32,000 nt of DNA from Promethearchaeota archaeon (GCA_016933055.1 JAFGBS010000028.1:240001-272000); one strand, 5' to 3'; positions 18,500 through 27,300 are shown, numbered from the stretch's first letter. Notes: a model not told the origin generated them from the sequence alone. Numbers and translations are program-made.

Positions 18500-19642
18500 T
18501 CATGGTTCAAAGTTATTCACAATGTCTCGGATTCGTTCTAATTTTGTGATATCTCCATTAGGACTTAGCTCATCTGATACTCCTAATATTAAATTTGGAG
18601 AAAAGGTTTCAAGAACTTTTCGTGTATAATTTTCCACATATTCCAAGGAGTATTGGGGTAAAAATAGAATTGAAGGTACACCATCTAGCAAAATTTTGTC
18701 CCCAATATATTGACTTAATTCATCAATGGTCACATCTCCTTGTGGATCACAAGTTAAAGCTTCTAGTCCATCGAATGGTAATTTTTCAAAATAAGGGAGA
18801 AGTTGCTTGAATGAACCATCTATGTGGATATGAGTAACAATACCAACATTTCTTAATTGTTTAACTCGCTTTTCATAATAGGGAAGTAAATATTTTTCGA
18901 AAATAGGTGGAGGGGATAGGTTCGCATCAATATTTTCCCCGAAATTAACAATACGAACTGGAGATTTTTCAACTAGATTGTACATTTTGTCATCCCATTC
19001 TTCCATATAAGCCATGAAATCTATCATTTCATTCGGTTTACGTTTTAGTAGTACAGTTGTCCTCGTAAATCCCATAATTGTTTTTATTAATCGCTGGTAT
19101 GGCGTTGAAAATACATAGAGACTTGCTATACCTCGTGATCCTAATAATTGTTCAGCTTCTTCGAAATTTTCTTGATTAAACTGAAATTCAGTATTGTCTA
19201 AAATATATTTCATAATAGGGATATCCTCAATCGATTTTACAGGAAATTCAATATAATGGGCACCAAGACCTCCCCCAATTGCCTTAGTTTCAGTTAGAAC
19301 ACCTAGAGGGGTTGAATAAACTGTAATAGTTTCTCCCTTTTTAGATCCTCTCTTGGATCTTATGTGGATTCCAGCTTCTGGTTTAATTTTAGTGCTTAGA
19401 ATCGGTAGATATAGAGTTTCTTCTGCATATCGGGGACTAGCATCCAACATATCATATATTTCTAATTGGGTTTTTCCTATGAACCTATCAGGAACTGGTC
19501 CTTTGAGATATTTATCAGGCTTTTTAACCAGTAAATTATTTCCCAGGTACCAATAATAAATTCGAGGACTATATACAATTCGGTTTATTGAAGTATGGGA
19601 AAATGTATCCCATAATCGATCCCGCAGAGATTTTACAGCCAT
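18500..19642 (-). CDS. Second URO-D/MtaA-like family protein
   Basis: Motifs YSTPLGVLTE, EFPVKSIED, NFGENID, FEKYLLPYY, HIHIDG, GLEALTCDPQGD and GVSDELSPNGD. Confidence 0.8.
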   Translation of the reverse strand: MAVKSLRDRLWDTFSHTSINRIVYSPRIYYWYLGNNLLVKKPDKYLKGPVPDRFIGKTQLEIYDMLDASPRYAEETLYLPILSTKIKPEAGIHIRSKRGSKKGETITVYSTPLGVLTETKAIGGGLGAHYIEFPVKSIEDIPIMKYILDNTEFQFNQENFEEAEQLLGSRGIASLYVFSTPYQRLIKTIMGFTRTTVLLKRKPNEMIDFMAYMEEWDDKMYNLVEKSPVRIVNFGENIDANLSPPPIFEKYLLPYYEKRVKQLRNVGIVTHIHIDGSFKQLLPYFEKLPFDGLEALTCDPQGDVTIDELSQYIGDKILLDGVPSILFLPQYSLEYVENYTRKVLETFSPNLILGVSDELSPNGDITKLERIRDIVNNFEP

Positions 19643-19693
19643 TTTCTCGCCAATAAGTGTTAATTATTTGTACAAACTTTACCAGAAAATAGA

Positions 19694-20797
19694 TTAAAGT
19701 AAATCTTCTGGAATTTCTCCTTTATAATATTGAGGACGTGTGACCCAGGATTTCTGAAAATCGGGCAAACTGCTTAATATCGAACCGCCTATCCAACAAG
19801 AAAAAAATCGTTGTTTCGGAGCAATAATTCGTGGCTCTCGCATTTCCTTTCCTCTCTGGGCCAATTCAATTTCCAATTCATTTTGTAACCGAAATTCTAA
19901 TTGAGGTATAATAGAAGTCCCTCCAGACAGAAATATATTTTCTAACAGTTCATTTCGTGTATCTAAATCACAATTATCAATAACATCCAAAATCGCAGTG
20001 TGCAGTGGTTTCTCCTCCAGATTAAATAATGCAGGCTTAAACAGTAATTCAGGTACCGTGAATCGTTCAATCCCGAGTTCGATCATAGATCCATCTGGAA
20101 GTCGAAATTCCTTATTTTTTACATGGTATTTATCTTGGTTGTAATCTAACGAAACAAAACAAGCCCGTTCCTTCAGAACTCTGCCAATTTCCCTACGAAC
20201 TGAAGAATCGGTTGAGAATCCTGCATTTTGAAGTTGTTCATACATAAAAGTATCAAGAACTGTCCCCCCTATTTGAAGAATCTCAATAGCATGACTTAAC
20301 ATATATCCTTGATAAATTGGAACAATTCTAATTGAGCTTGCACCCATTTCTACCACCAATCCCGTTTGAAAACCTCCGGAATACATTGTTAAAAGCGAGT
20401 CTAGGATTGGATAAAATCCCATTACTTGATATTTATCAAAAAATAATTCAAAAAGCCGTCGTTTTTCTTCAGTAGAAAGCATAGGATGATAGGAATAAAG
20501 AACATTTACTATGGAAGGGTCTATGCGTAAGGTATAAAACACATAATCCAAAATTTGCTCAAAGAAATTCCAATCTTCGATTCTCCCTCCTATGATAGGG
20601 TGATGAATTTTGTATAGTCCGATTGAACTTGAAATTTCATTTCCAACATAATATTGCTTTTTATAATCCATTTCGATGTCTTGGTATTTAGGTTCTCCTA
20701 CAAGTGAATAGAAATTGTTGCGTGGTTCATTTTCTCCTGCAAATCCAATTTTACTAGAAAACTCTCCGATATCTAGAACAATTGTGATATTTGTCAT
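19694..20797 (-). CDS. Actin-family protein (divergent Asgard actin/ARP-like)
   Basis: Colinear with actin: IVLDIGEFSSKIGFAGENEP, YVGNE, EDWNFFEQI, TGLVVEMG..IRIVPIYQG, LPDG, ERFTVPELLFKP, NIFLSGGTS, IIAPKQR and WIGGSILSSL..FQ..W. Confidence 0.93.
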   Translation of the reverse strand: MTNITIVLDIGEFSSKIGFAGENEPRNNFYSLVGEPKYQDIEMDYKKQYYVGNEISSSIGLYKIHHPIIGGRIEDWNFFEQILDYVFYTLRIDPSIVNVLYSYHPMLSTEEKRRLFELFFDKYQVMGFYPILDSLLTMYSGGFQTGLVVEMGASSIRIVPIYQGYMLSHAIEILQIGGTVLDTFMYEQLQNAGFSTDSSVRREIGRVLKERACFVSLDYNQDKYHVKNKEFRLPDGSMIELGIERFTVPELLFKPALFNLEEKPLHTAILDVIDNCDLDTRNELLENIFLSGGTSIIPQLEFRLQNELEIELAQRGKEMREPRIIAPKQRFFSCWIGGSILSSLPDFQKSWVTRPQYYKGEIPEDLL

Positions 20798-20812
20798 ATT
20801 ATCAACCGTAGG

Positions 20813-21565
20813 TTATCCTAACAAGATCTTCAAGGGAACATACTCCGTTAAGGGTATAAAAGCTTCTCCGTAGTCACAATTAATTTCGTTTCCCCGTATC
20901 GTTGCAGTATCTTTTGCCCATTCCAATACTCGATCTAAGACTTCTATTTGAGATGCATATATTTTTTGGAAAATTTTTTGTTTTTTCTCCCAATATTGTG
21001 AAATATCTACAGTAATAAACACATTTGCATCAACATATTGAAATTTACAACTCGGACTTTCATAACAATACACTGCGGAAGGCATAAAATCTTTCCCGAA
21101 ACCACCATAGGCTCGTCCTGTAGCAGTATGATAGATTGCTTCTCTTACTATTTTTGCAAGCTTGCGATGAGTACGATGTACATCTGTTGGATGGGGAAAT
21201 AGAATAACTTGAGGTTGGTGTTTACGAATAAGATTAGTGAATTTTGAAATTAAAGGTCGTGTAACAGTTATTTCCTCGTACTTCATCTCGATAAAATCAC
21301 ATTTCAAATATTTAGTTACTAATTCAAATTCTTTCGCTCTCATTTCCGCAATTTTTTTTTTTTCGCTCGCTTTCGCATATCCTCCCAATCCACTGGTAGC
21401 TACAACGGTAGTAATATTTGTTCCCAATTCTGAATATTTTAAAATTGTACCTCCTGCTGAAATTAATTCATCATCAGGATGACCACAAAAAATCATCATG
21501 GACTCCGGAACTACTAAAGGAATATTATCCGGTTTGGCACGTACTATATTTGGAAGATCGGTCAT
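20813..21565 (-). CDS. PIG-L/LmbE family N-acetyl-sugar deacetylase
   Basis: Motifs GHPDDELISAGGT, MRAKEF, IRKHQPQVILFPHPTDVHRTH, VDISQYWEKK, YASQ and YGEAF. Confidence 0.88.
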   Translation of the reverse strand: MTDLPNIVRAKPDNIPLVVPESMMIFCGHPDDELISAGGTILKYSELGTNITTVVATSGLGGYAKASEKKKIAEMRAKEFELVTKYLKCDFIEMKYEEITVTRPLISKFTNLIRKHQPQVILFPHPTDVHRTHRKLAKIVREAIYHTATGRAYGGFGKDFMPSAVYCYESPSCKFQYVDANVFITVDISQYWEKKQKIFQKIYASQIEVLDRVLEWAKDTATIRGNEINCDYGEAFIPLTEYVPLKILLG

Positions 21566-22143
21566 AGAATTTTCAACTGGAATGGTAACTTGAAATAGGG
21601 AGTGTCAAAACCCATATGAGATTTGAGATAATCAATACGAGGTTCAAAAACTTGAAGAAAAGGTACATCTTCCCCCTCTTTTATGACGGAAAGGAAATAA
21701 TGCGGGACATTTTCAGGGACTTTAATGCACATTCCATCGACATATTCCACTGCAACTATATCTCTCGGAGTTATCTCATCCAACTTTTGTTGTATTATTT
21801 GGATACGGGCAGCAAAATTCTTCCGAGGAAGTGTTTTTTGAATGAATTTTTTGGGTAATATTGGGAATATTGCGTATGATTTTCCTGGATGCTTTAAAGG
21901 TTGGCATATTTTAATTACCCATTCGGGGAAAGGATGAACCTCAAAATATTCCGTAATTTGTTCATGTAAGTTTAAGTCTCCTAAAAATAAGGTTCCCGCA
22001 ACGGAGAATTCATCGTGGGTCTGCCATGTTATCGTTTCAGGAGGTTGTTGGGAAATTTCGAATAGATGATGAAATTTGTCTTTGTGAGAAATGTATTCAT
22101 GGATATTGATGATGTTCTCAGGAATTTGGTATTCTATACTCAT
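21562..22143 (-). CDS. Hypothetical protein with a cupin-like C-terminal motif
   Basis: GMCIKVPENVPHYF resembles cupin motif 2 (G-x5-P-x-G-x2-H). It has a 4-bp ATGA overlap with the PIG-L gene. Confidence 0.55.
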   Translation of the reverse strand: MSIEYQIPENIINIHEYISHKDKFHHLFEISQQPPETITWQTHDEFSVAGTLFLGDLNLHEQITEYFEVHPFPEWVIKICQPLKHPGKSYAIFPILPKKFIQKTLPRKNFAARIQIIQQKLDEITPRDIVAVEYVDGMCIKVPENVPHYFLSVIKEGEDVPFLQVFEPRIDYLKSHMGFDTPYFKLPFQLKIL

Positions 22144-22149
22144 AAAAAA

Positions 22150-23187
22150 CTACTCCTTAACGGATTGTAAAAGCCTGATATGGCATATTAATTCTTCTGT
22201 GGATATTTCATTTTTTTGAAAGCGTTTTCCCAGTTCGCTAATAATATATAAGGGAGTAAATGTGAAAAAATGGATTTCTGAAAGGGGATAGAGAAAATCT
22301 TCTACCTCAATTATTAATTTCAGATCTCTGAGTTTTTGATAGGACTGGATATCTTGGGAGATCATATCTAAAAAGCGTCCGCGTTTTAGTTTATTTTCAT
22401 ATAAAATCTTTAAACTGTTGTAAATTTGGGAATCGCTTAACAGTTTAGAAATTTTCATCAAGTTCTCTTCATCATCTTTTTCAGGTCTATAAGTATTAAA
22501 AAATTCGATCAAATAAGATATATATTTTTTATCCATATCATCATTACTTTCTAACAACGCATGATATAAGTCATTTGGGGGAATTCGACCCCCATATACA
22601 TCCTTTATCATGTAAAAATTGTTCGATCCATGTATTGTGTTTTCTGTAACCAATCCTAAATGTTGGAATGGAGTAATTAAAATATCGAAATTTGTCTCAG
22701 CAAGACCATATCGTGTATTTAGATTTTGACATAAGTTGTCTTTGCTAATTACCCCCTTTCGGAGGGAATTTAATATAATTAATTTATGTTTATCCTTGTA
22801 AAGGTTGAAAAATAGTTGATCTCGATTCAATTTGGAATAATCTTCAATCATGGAGTAGGTTTCAGATAAAATTCGGGAAAAATTAGGTTTTCCGATAGCA
22901 TTAAACAAAGTGGGTGATAAATTAAGGAAAACATCTTGGTATTTGCTGGAATTTTCTTTAATGTTTAACTCTAATAATGAGAAATAGAATTCATTGTGTG
23001 ATTTGTACATGATTGATAAGTAATTTTGATGGTCTTCGACAAAATTAACTATTGATTCATTATTTAGCTCATGTAATGCCCAAATGCGAAGGAGTATTTC
23101 CTTTTTGGGAAATTCGAGATCTGGAGGATATTGTCTGATAGGAGCGGGTCCAAGTTGATGGTCCCATTTAAAAATAGATAATTTCAC
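22150..23187 (-). CDS. Longin/uDENN-like N-terminal domain protein (paralog of 30622..31701)
   Basis: N-terminal FKWDHQLGPAPIRQYP matches the uDENN-type first strand and GP..YP turn. It has winged-helix-like segments (LNSLRKGVISKDNL) and is colinear with the 359 aa paralog. Confidence 0.6.
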   Translation of the reverse strand: MKLSIFKWDHQLGPAPIRQYPPDLEFPKKEILLRIWALHELNNESIVNFVEDHQNYLSIMYKSHNEFYFSLLELNIKENSSKYQDVFLNLSPTLFNAIGKPNFSRILSETYSMIEDYSKLNRDQLFFNLYKDKHKLIILNSLRKGVISKDNLCQNLNTRYGLAETNFDILITPFQHLGLVTENTIHGSNNFYMIKDVYGGRIPPNDLYHALLESNDDMDKKYISYLIEFFNTYRPEKDDEENLMKISKLLSDSQIYNSLKILYENKLKRGRFLDMISQDIQSYQKLRDLKLIIEVEDFLYPLSEIHFFTFTPLYIISELGKRFQKNEISTEELICHIRLLQSVKE

Positions 23188-23327
23188 TTATTTTTCCACC
23201 TCTCGCCCCAGTATTATTAATTTTGTACAACTAGTGAAAATGTCACCTAAAAAAAATATCGATCCCTTGTTGTTTTTCGTCGAGAATATGAAGAAATTGA
23301 GGAAAAATATTAGACTAATAATCGTTA

Positions 23328-24407
23328 TTATGATTTGGTTTCGATTTTTTCATAGTCATCTTCTTCTTCATCTTCTTCCTCTAAAGCTTTAAGACGCTGC
23401 TCAACCCGCTTATCTTCATCCTCGATGATATTTTTCTTTTTTTCTTCCAATTCTTTTAATTCCAGTTCTTTTTCCGCTTTCTCCAACTCTGCTCGTTTTC
23501 GATTGATCTCCAATTCTTGTTCTAACATTTCGGCTTTTTGTTTGATCATTTCCTCTTGAATTTCTTTCTCTTTCTCTTCGACTAGTAATTTTGCTTCCTT
23601 GAGCGCTATTTCCTTCTCACGAAGTGCTTGTTCTTTTTCCTCTATTTCCTTTTTCTTCTGATCAAAAAGGTTTTCTTGTTCTTTGCGTTCTTTTTGGTGA
23701 GCAACTTCTTCCTCACGCTTTTTAATTTCTTCTTGCTTTAATTTTACTTCTTCTTCGGTGAGATCTTTTTCTTTCTTATCCAGAACTTTTTTCTGAATTT
23801 CAAGATGCTTTTTCTCCATTTCCTCAGATTCTAGATTTTTTACGTTCACTATTTCCTTTAACACTATTTCTGCATTCTCATGTGTTTGCTCATCGGAAGT
23901 AGATTTAAGAAAATCCAAAATTTTATCCTCAACTTCCAACTGGCAATGTTTTCCTAGTGTTTTCAGAAATGCTATGGCTTTTTTTTGTACAAAATCCATT
24001 TCATCAGCTAACATTGATACAACGGTATCAATTAGCGATTTGGTATCATTTGGATGGGCGTTTGCGGTAAAAGTCAATAATTGGAGCATACTTTCACGGG
24101 TATTTGCATTATCCGAAACAAGATATTCTTTAGCGAAAGGTAAGATAAGTTGGGGATCTTTTTCAGATAATGTCTTGAGTGACAATATTAAGGAATATCG
24201 TAGAACATCATTCTCAATACCTATAAGCTTTAACAAGGCAGGATAGATTGCTTGGATGGTTCCAGGATATTCAGCGACAATACGATTGAGATTGTGTATT
24301 AAATTCTCTACAAATTCATCATTATTAACTTCAGACAAACGTTCCAATATTTGATCTATGGCTGTTTGGGTTTTTTCTTGTCCCAACAGCGTAAAGATTT
24401 CTTCCAT
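23328..24407 (-). CDS. HEAT/ARM-repeat protein with a long charged coiled-coil C-terminus
   Basis: Repeats such as LLKLIGIENDVLRYSLILSL, YLVSDNANTRESMLQLL and MLADEMDFVQKKAIAFL, then about 150 aa of E/K-rich heptads and an acidic tail. Start is at 24407 (MEEIF) or 24431. Confidence 0.75.
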   Translation of the reverse strand: MEEIFTLLGQEKTQTAIDQILERLSEVNNDEFVENLIHNLNRIVAEYPGTIQAIYPALLKLIGIENDVLRYSLILSLKTLSEKDPQLILPFAKEYLVSDNANTRESMLQLLTFTANAHPNDTKSLIDTVVSMLADEMDFVQKKAIAFLKTLGKHCQLEVEDKILDFLKSTSDEQTHENAEIVLKEIVNVKNLESEEMEKKHLEIQKKVLDKKEKDLTEEEVKLKQEEIKKREEEVAHQKERKEQENLFDQKKKEIEEKEQALREKEIALKEAKLLVEEKEKEIQEEMIKQKAEMLEQELEINRKRAELEKAEKELELKELEEKKKNIIEDEDKRVEQRLKALEEEDEEEDDYEKIETKS

Positions 24408-24420
24408 ACTATTCTCTCTT

Positions 24421-25413
24421 CTATATTTCATTTAATAGATTTATACTTTCGGCTTCCATTAGGGTAGATAATTTATTAAATACAAAATTCACATCGTCAA
24501 ATGTAGAATTTTTATTAACTTCGACGCTTACCTGTAAATCTAATTTTTCAGTAAAATTGAAGGTAGTGCGAGGAAATTTGGGACTTAAATCTTCAGTTAT
24601 TTGACTAAATCTTTGATCTAATTGTTCATCCTCAATTTGAATGATATTTTTTCGTTTAATTCCGATTTGTAATAATGTTTCTTTACCAGAAACGGCATCC
24701 AAATCGATTCTAAAATCTTTTCCCTCAGCATACAGCGGAATTATGAGATCTAAAATCTCCATGGAGTCAATCTGTTCTTTATGAGTGTTGCAAATTGCAT
24801 ATCCTTTATGAAGATCTGCTATAAAAAGTGTGTTCGATCTCCAGATAATAAAGTAATTAGAACTTACGTCATAAATAAAGGAACCTTCTCGAATCATTTT
24901 TTCCCTTTTCAAAATCGTGCGTAATATACCCGGTCGTTCTTTGCGGGTTTTACTGTAAATCGCTGGTGTATTGGATTTTGAAATGATTTTATTGATAGTT
25001 TTGATTCCTTCTTCATTAAGTCCTTCTACCCCTAAATCTCTGGTCAATTTGAGGAGTTCTTGGGCATCCCGTCCAAAAAATAACTTAAAAAAATCCTCGT
25101 TATAAATTATCACATCAACAGGAGTAAAAAGAGTGGTTTTTCCTTCAATGAACCGGTTTATGTTTGATAGTACTTGATTGTAGCAAAATACTGGTAATTC
25201 TTTTAAGCTACTTCCTGATAATATACGAACGTTTATTAGAAATCGACGTCTACACATTGGATTTAAGACATTATTCATACGATCTGAAACACATTCATTG
25301 CATAAATTGTCAATATACTCCTTAAGATATCCCATCATGATCTGCTGTTCACGAGGGCGTATGTTCTTAAACACCTTGTGGAGATTTTCTGGAGTAAATG
25401 ACATATTTTTCAC
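24421..25413 (-). CDS. Hypothetical soluble protein with an N-terminal Cys cluster
   Basis: 330 aa ORF containing LCNEC...PMC....FC. Tightly packed in the minus-strand run. Confidence 0.7.
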   Translation of the reverse strand: MKNMSFTPENLHKVFKNIRPREQQIMMGYLKEYIDNLCNECVSDRMNNVLNPMCRRRFLINVRILSGSSLKELPVFCYNQVLSNINRFIEGKTTLFTPVDVIIYNEDFFKLFFGRDAQELLKLTRDLGVEGLNEEGIKTINKIISKSNTPAIYSKTRKERPGILRTILKREKMIREGSFIYDVSSNYFIIWRSNTLFIADLHKGYAICNTHKEQIDSMEILDLIIPLYAEGKDFRIDLDAVSGKETLLQIGIKRKNIIQIEDEQLDQRFSQITEDLSPKFPRTTFNFTEKLDLQVSVEVNKNSTFDDVNFVFNKLSTLMEAESINLLNEI

Positions 25414-25427
25414 CGATTTTGGTATTT

Positions 25428-27143
25428 TTAGGAGCGTTGTATATATTTTTCCCTTTCTTCTATTTTTTTAACATAGAGATTTGCTGCATTCAGAATATCT
25501 TGCTCATTTAGAATATCTTTATTGAGTTTTAATTGAATTTGTTGAATAAAGGTACGACAATTATCTAAGCTCAGATTTCTACCGCGTTCTTGGATCGTCT
25601 TGTGTAATAACTCTGCCTCATAATTTAATCTTTCTTCTTCTGTACCAACAGAAATTTCCTTTATTGGAGGAGGTAACGGTTCAGCAATAGGAGGATCCGT
25701 ATGTGTAAACATATCATGTAGGAAAGATTGTTTTTCTTGCTGTTTTTTTTCTTGAAATTCCGTGTATTTGTCCACTGTTTCTTCTCCCTTCTTATCCGCG
25801 ACATCTGTTTTAGATTTTGAGGACTCCTTTGGTTTTAAACCTACGATGTCATTTTTCACAAGTGGAGATCGTTCAAAAGTAAGTTTTTTGTCTTTAACTC
25901 CTGCGAATTTTCCTGATCGAGGAATTTGTGTCGTTTCTCGTTTTCTTTTTAAATTAGTGGGATCTTCAGTTAATGAGCTTATAGAAGGTATTTCAATTTT
26001 TTGCCCAGATTTTTGAGTACCCAAACCATCGAGAGATTTTACAGTAATAACGTCTTTGAAGGTGACCCTTTGAGGTGCCATAAACGTTTTCTCTGCTGGT
26101 TTTTCTTCTATTATTTGGTCTACAGGGATTTCACCTTTTAATTCCATGACTTTTTTTCGGAATAGAGCTACATATTCTAGTTCTTGATATTCTTCCGCAA
26201 TTTTGATAAGTTGTTCTATGATTTTTATTGCTTGGGGGTAATCATCTTTCTCAATAGCTTTGTTGCTCTCAACTATGAGATCTTTGAATCTGGGGGGTAA
26301 TGAACGTTTTAACTCTAAATGTCTTTGTAATAGCTCCTTTATCTGAGTGACCTTTTCATCGTCTGTTATATCATATACAAAAGACTCCGATTTTAATTCG
26401 GTGGAGTATTGCTCTTGGAATTTGTTTACTACGACTGCATCTAAATTTTTAGAATGGGATAAGAGAAATACCTTTCTCGTAAAAGGAACTTCTCGTTTAA
26501 ACAAATTAATAAAATTCTCAATTTTTCTGGTGCTTTTTTCAAACGAATTGAATACAAAAACAACCAAATCCGATCCTCTTATATAATTTCCCCATAATGG
26601 AGAAAAATCATCTTCTAAGATGAAATCCCATAAATCGAAATATAAATTTCCTAATTGGATTTTGTGTACCCTCGCAAAATCCATTATGTCTCGTGTTTCC
26701 TCTCCTTTTTTAGATAATCGTTCTGCTAAAGCTGTTTTTCCACTACCCCAGGGTCCAATAAGCGTAATTTTGGGATGTAGAGAATAATGAATTTCTTCAA
26801 TTAATCCATCGAGTTCTCGTTTATTTTCCATTTCGGATACAAGATCTTCCACATTTAAACCACTCCCGGATAATGTGTTCGATAGAGTTTTTATCTCATC
26901 TTGGACGCTCTTAGATTTATCGCCTGTATCTGTCACAAATATATAGAAGATATCATTTAATTGTCCAAAAACAATTTGGAAATTAAAAATTGGTCGGTGA
27001 AACAGTTGATTCTGAGCGGGCTTTACGATAAACTCATTAATTTTATCTAGAACTTGCTCAAACTCTTCACTCGTATACGCTAGTGCAAAGCTTCGCCTAT
27101 AAATTACTTTTTTGTCTTTAAGTAAGAATACTTGTCTTAACAT
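25428..27143 (-). CDS. Longin-domain + small GTPase-like (degenerate G3/G4) + helical/low-complexity protein
   Basis: Longin-like N-terminus (RQVFLLK..VIYRRSF ... FYIFVTD), P-loop GPWGSGKT, LWDF..F..LW.NYIRGSDLVVFV, a helical hairpin (KAIEKDDYPQAIKII) and a charged linker. Confidence 0.8.
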   Translation of the reverse strand: MLRQVFLLKDKKVIYRRSFALAYTSEEFEQVLDKINEFIVKPAQNQLFHRPIFNFQIVFGQLNDIFYIFVTDTGDKSKSVQDEIKTLSNTLSGSGLNVEDLVSEMENKRELDGLIEEIHYSLHPKITLIGPWGSGKTALAERLSKKGEETRDIMDFARVHKIQLGNLYFDLWDFILEDDFSPLWGNYIRGSDLVVFVFNSFEKSTRKIENFINLFKREVPFTRKVFLLSHSKNLDAVVVNKFQEQYSTELKSESFVYDITDDEKVTQIKELLQRHLELKRSLPPRFKDLIVESNKAIEKDDYPQAIKIIEQLIKIAEEYQELEYVALFRKKVMELKGEIPVDQIIEEKPAEKTFMAPQRVTFKDVITVKSLDGLGTQKSGQKIEIPSISSLTEDPTNLKRKRETTQIPRSGKFAGVKDKKLTFERSPLVKNDIVGLKPKESSKSKTDVADKKGEETVDKYTEFQEKKQQEKQSFLHDMFTHTDPPIAEPLPPPIKEISVGTEEERLNYEAELLHKTIQERGRNLSLDNCRTFIQQIQLKLNKDILNEQDILNAANLYVKKIEEREKYIQRS

Positions 27144-27300
27144 TTGTATGTGCCCACTGAAATGCAGTTTGTGTAAAAGCTATATGCTATATGGTTATTA
27201 CACATTTATATCCATTTTCCCATTTACATCCTATTAATCGTTTATCGTAACATTTTAAATTTCATTCATGTAATTTTTGCTTATAATCGAGAGGATAGAA

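Noticed and set aside
23340-23830. Apparent DNA repeats (TTC/TTTTC runs)
   Set aside because: They are explained by Glu/Lys-rich coiled-coil coding and are not a tandem repeat or CRISPR array.
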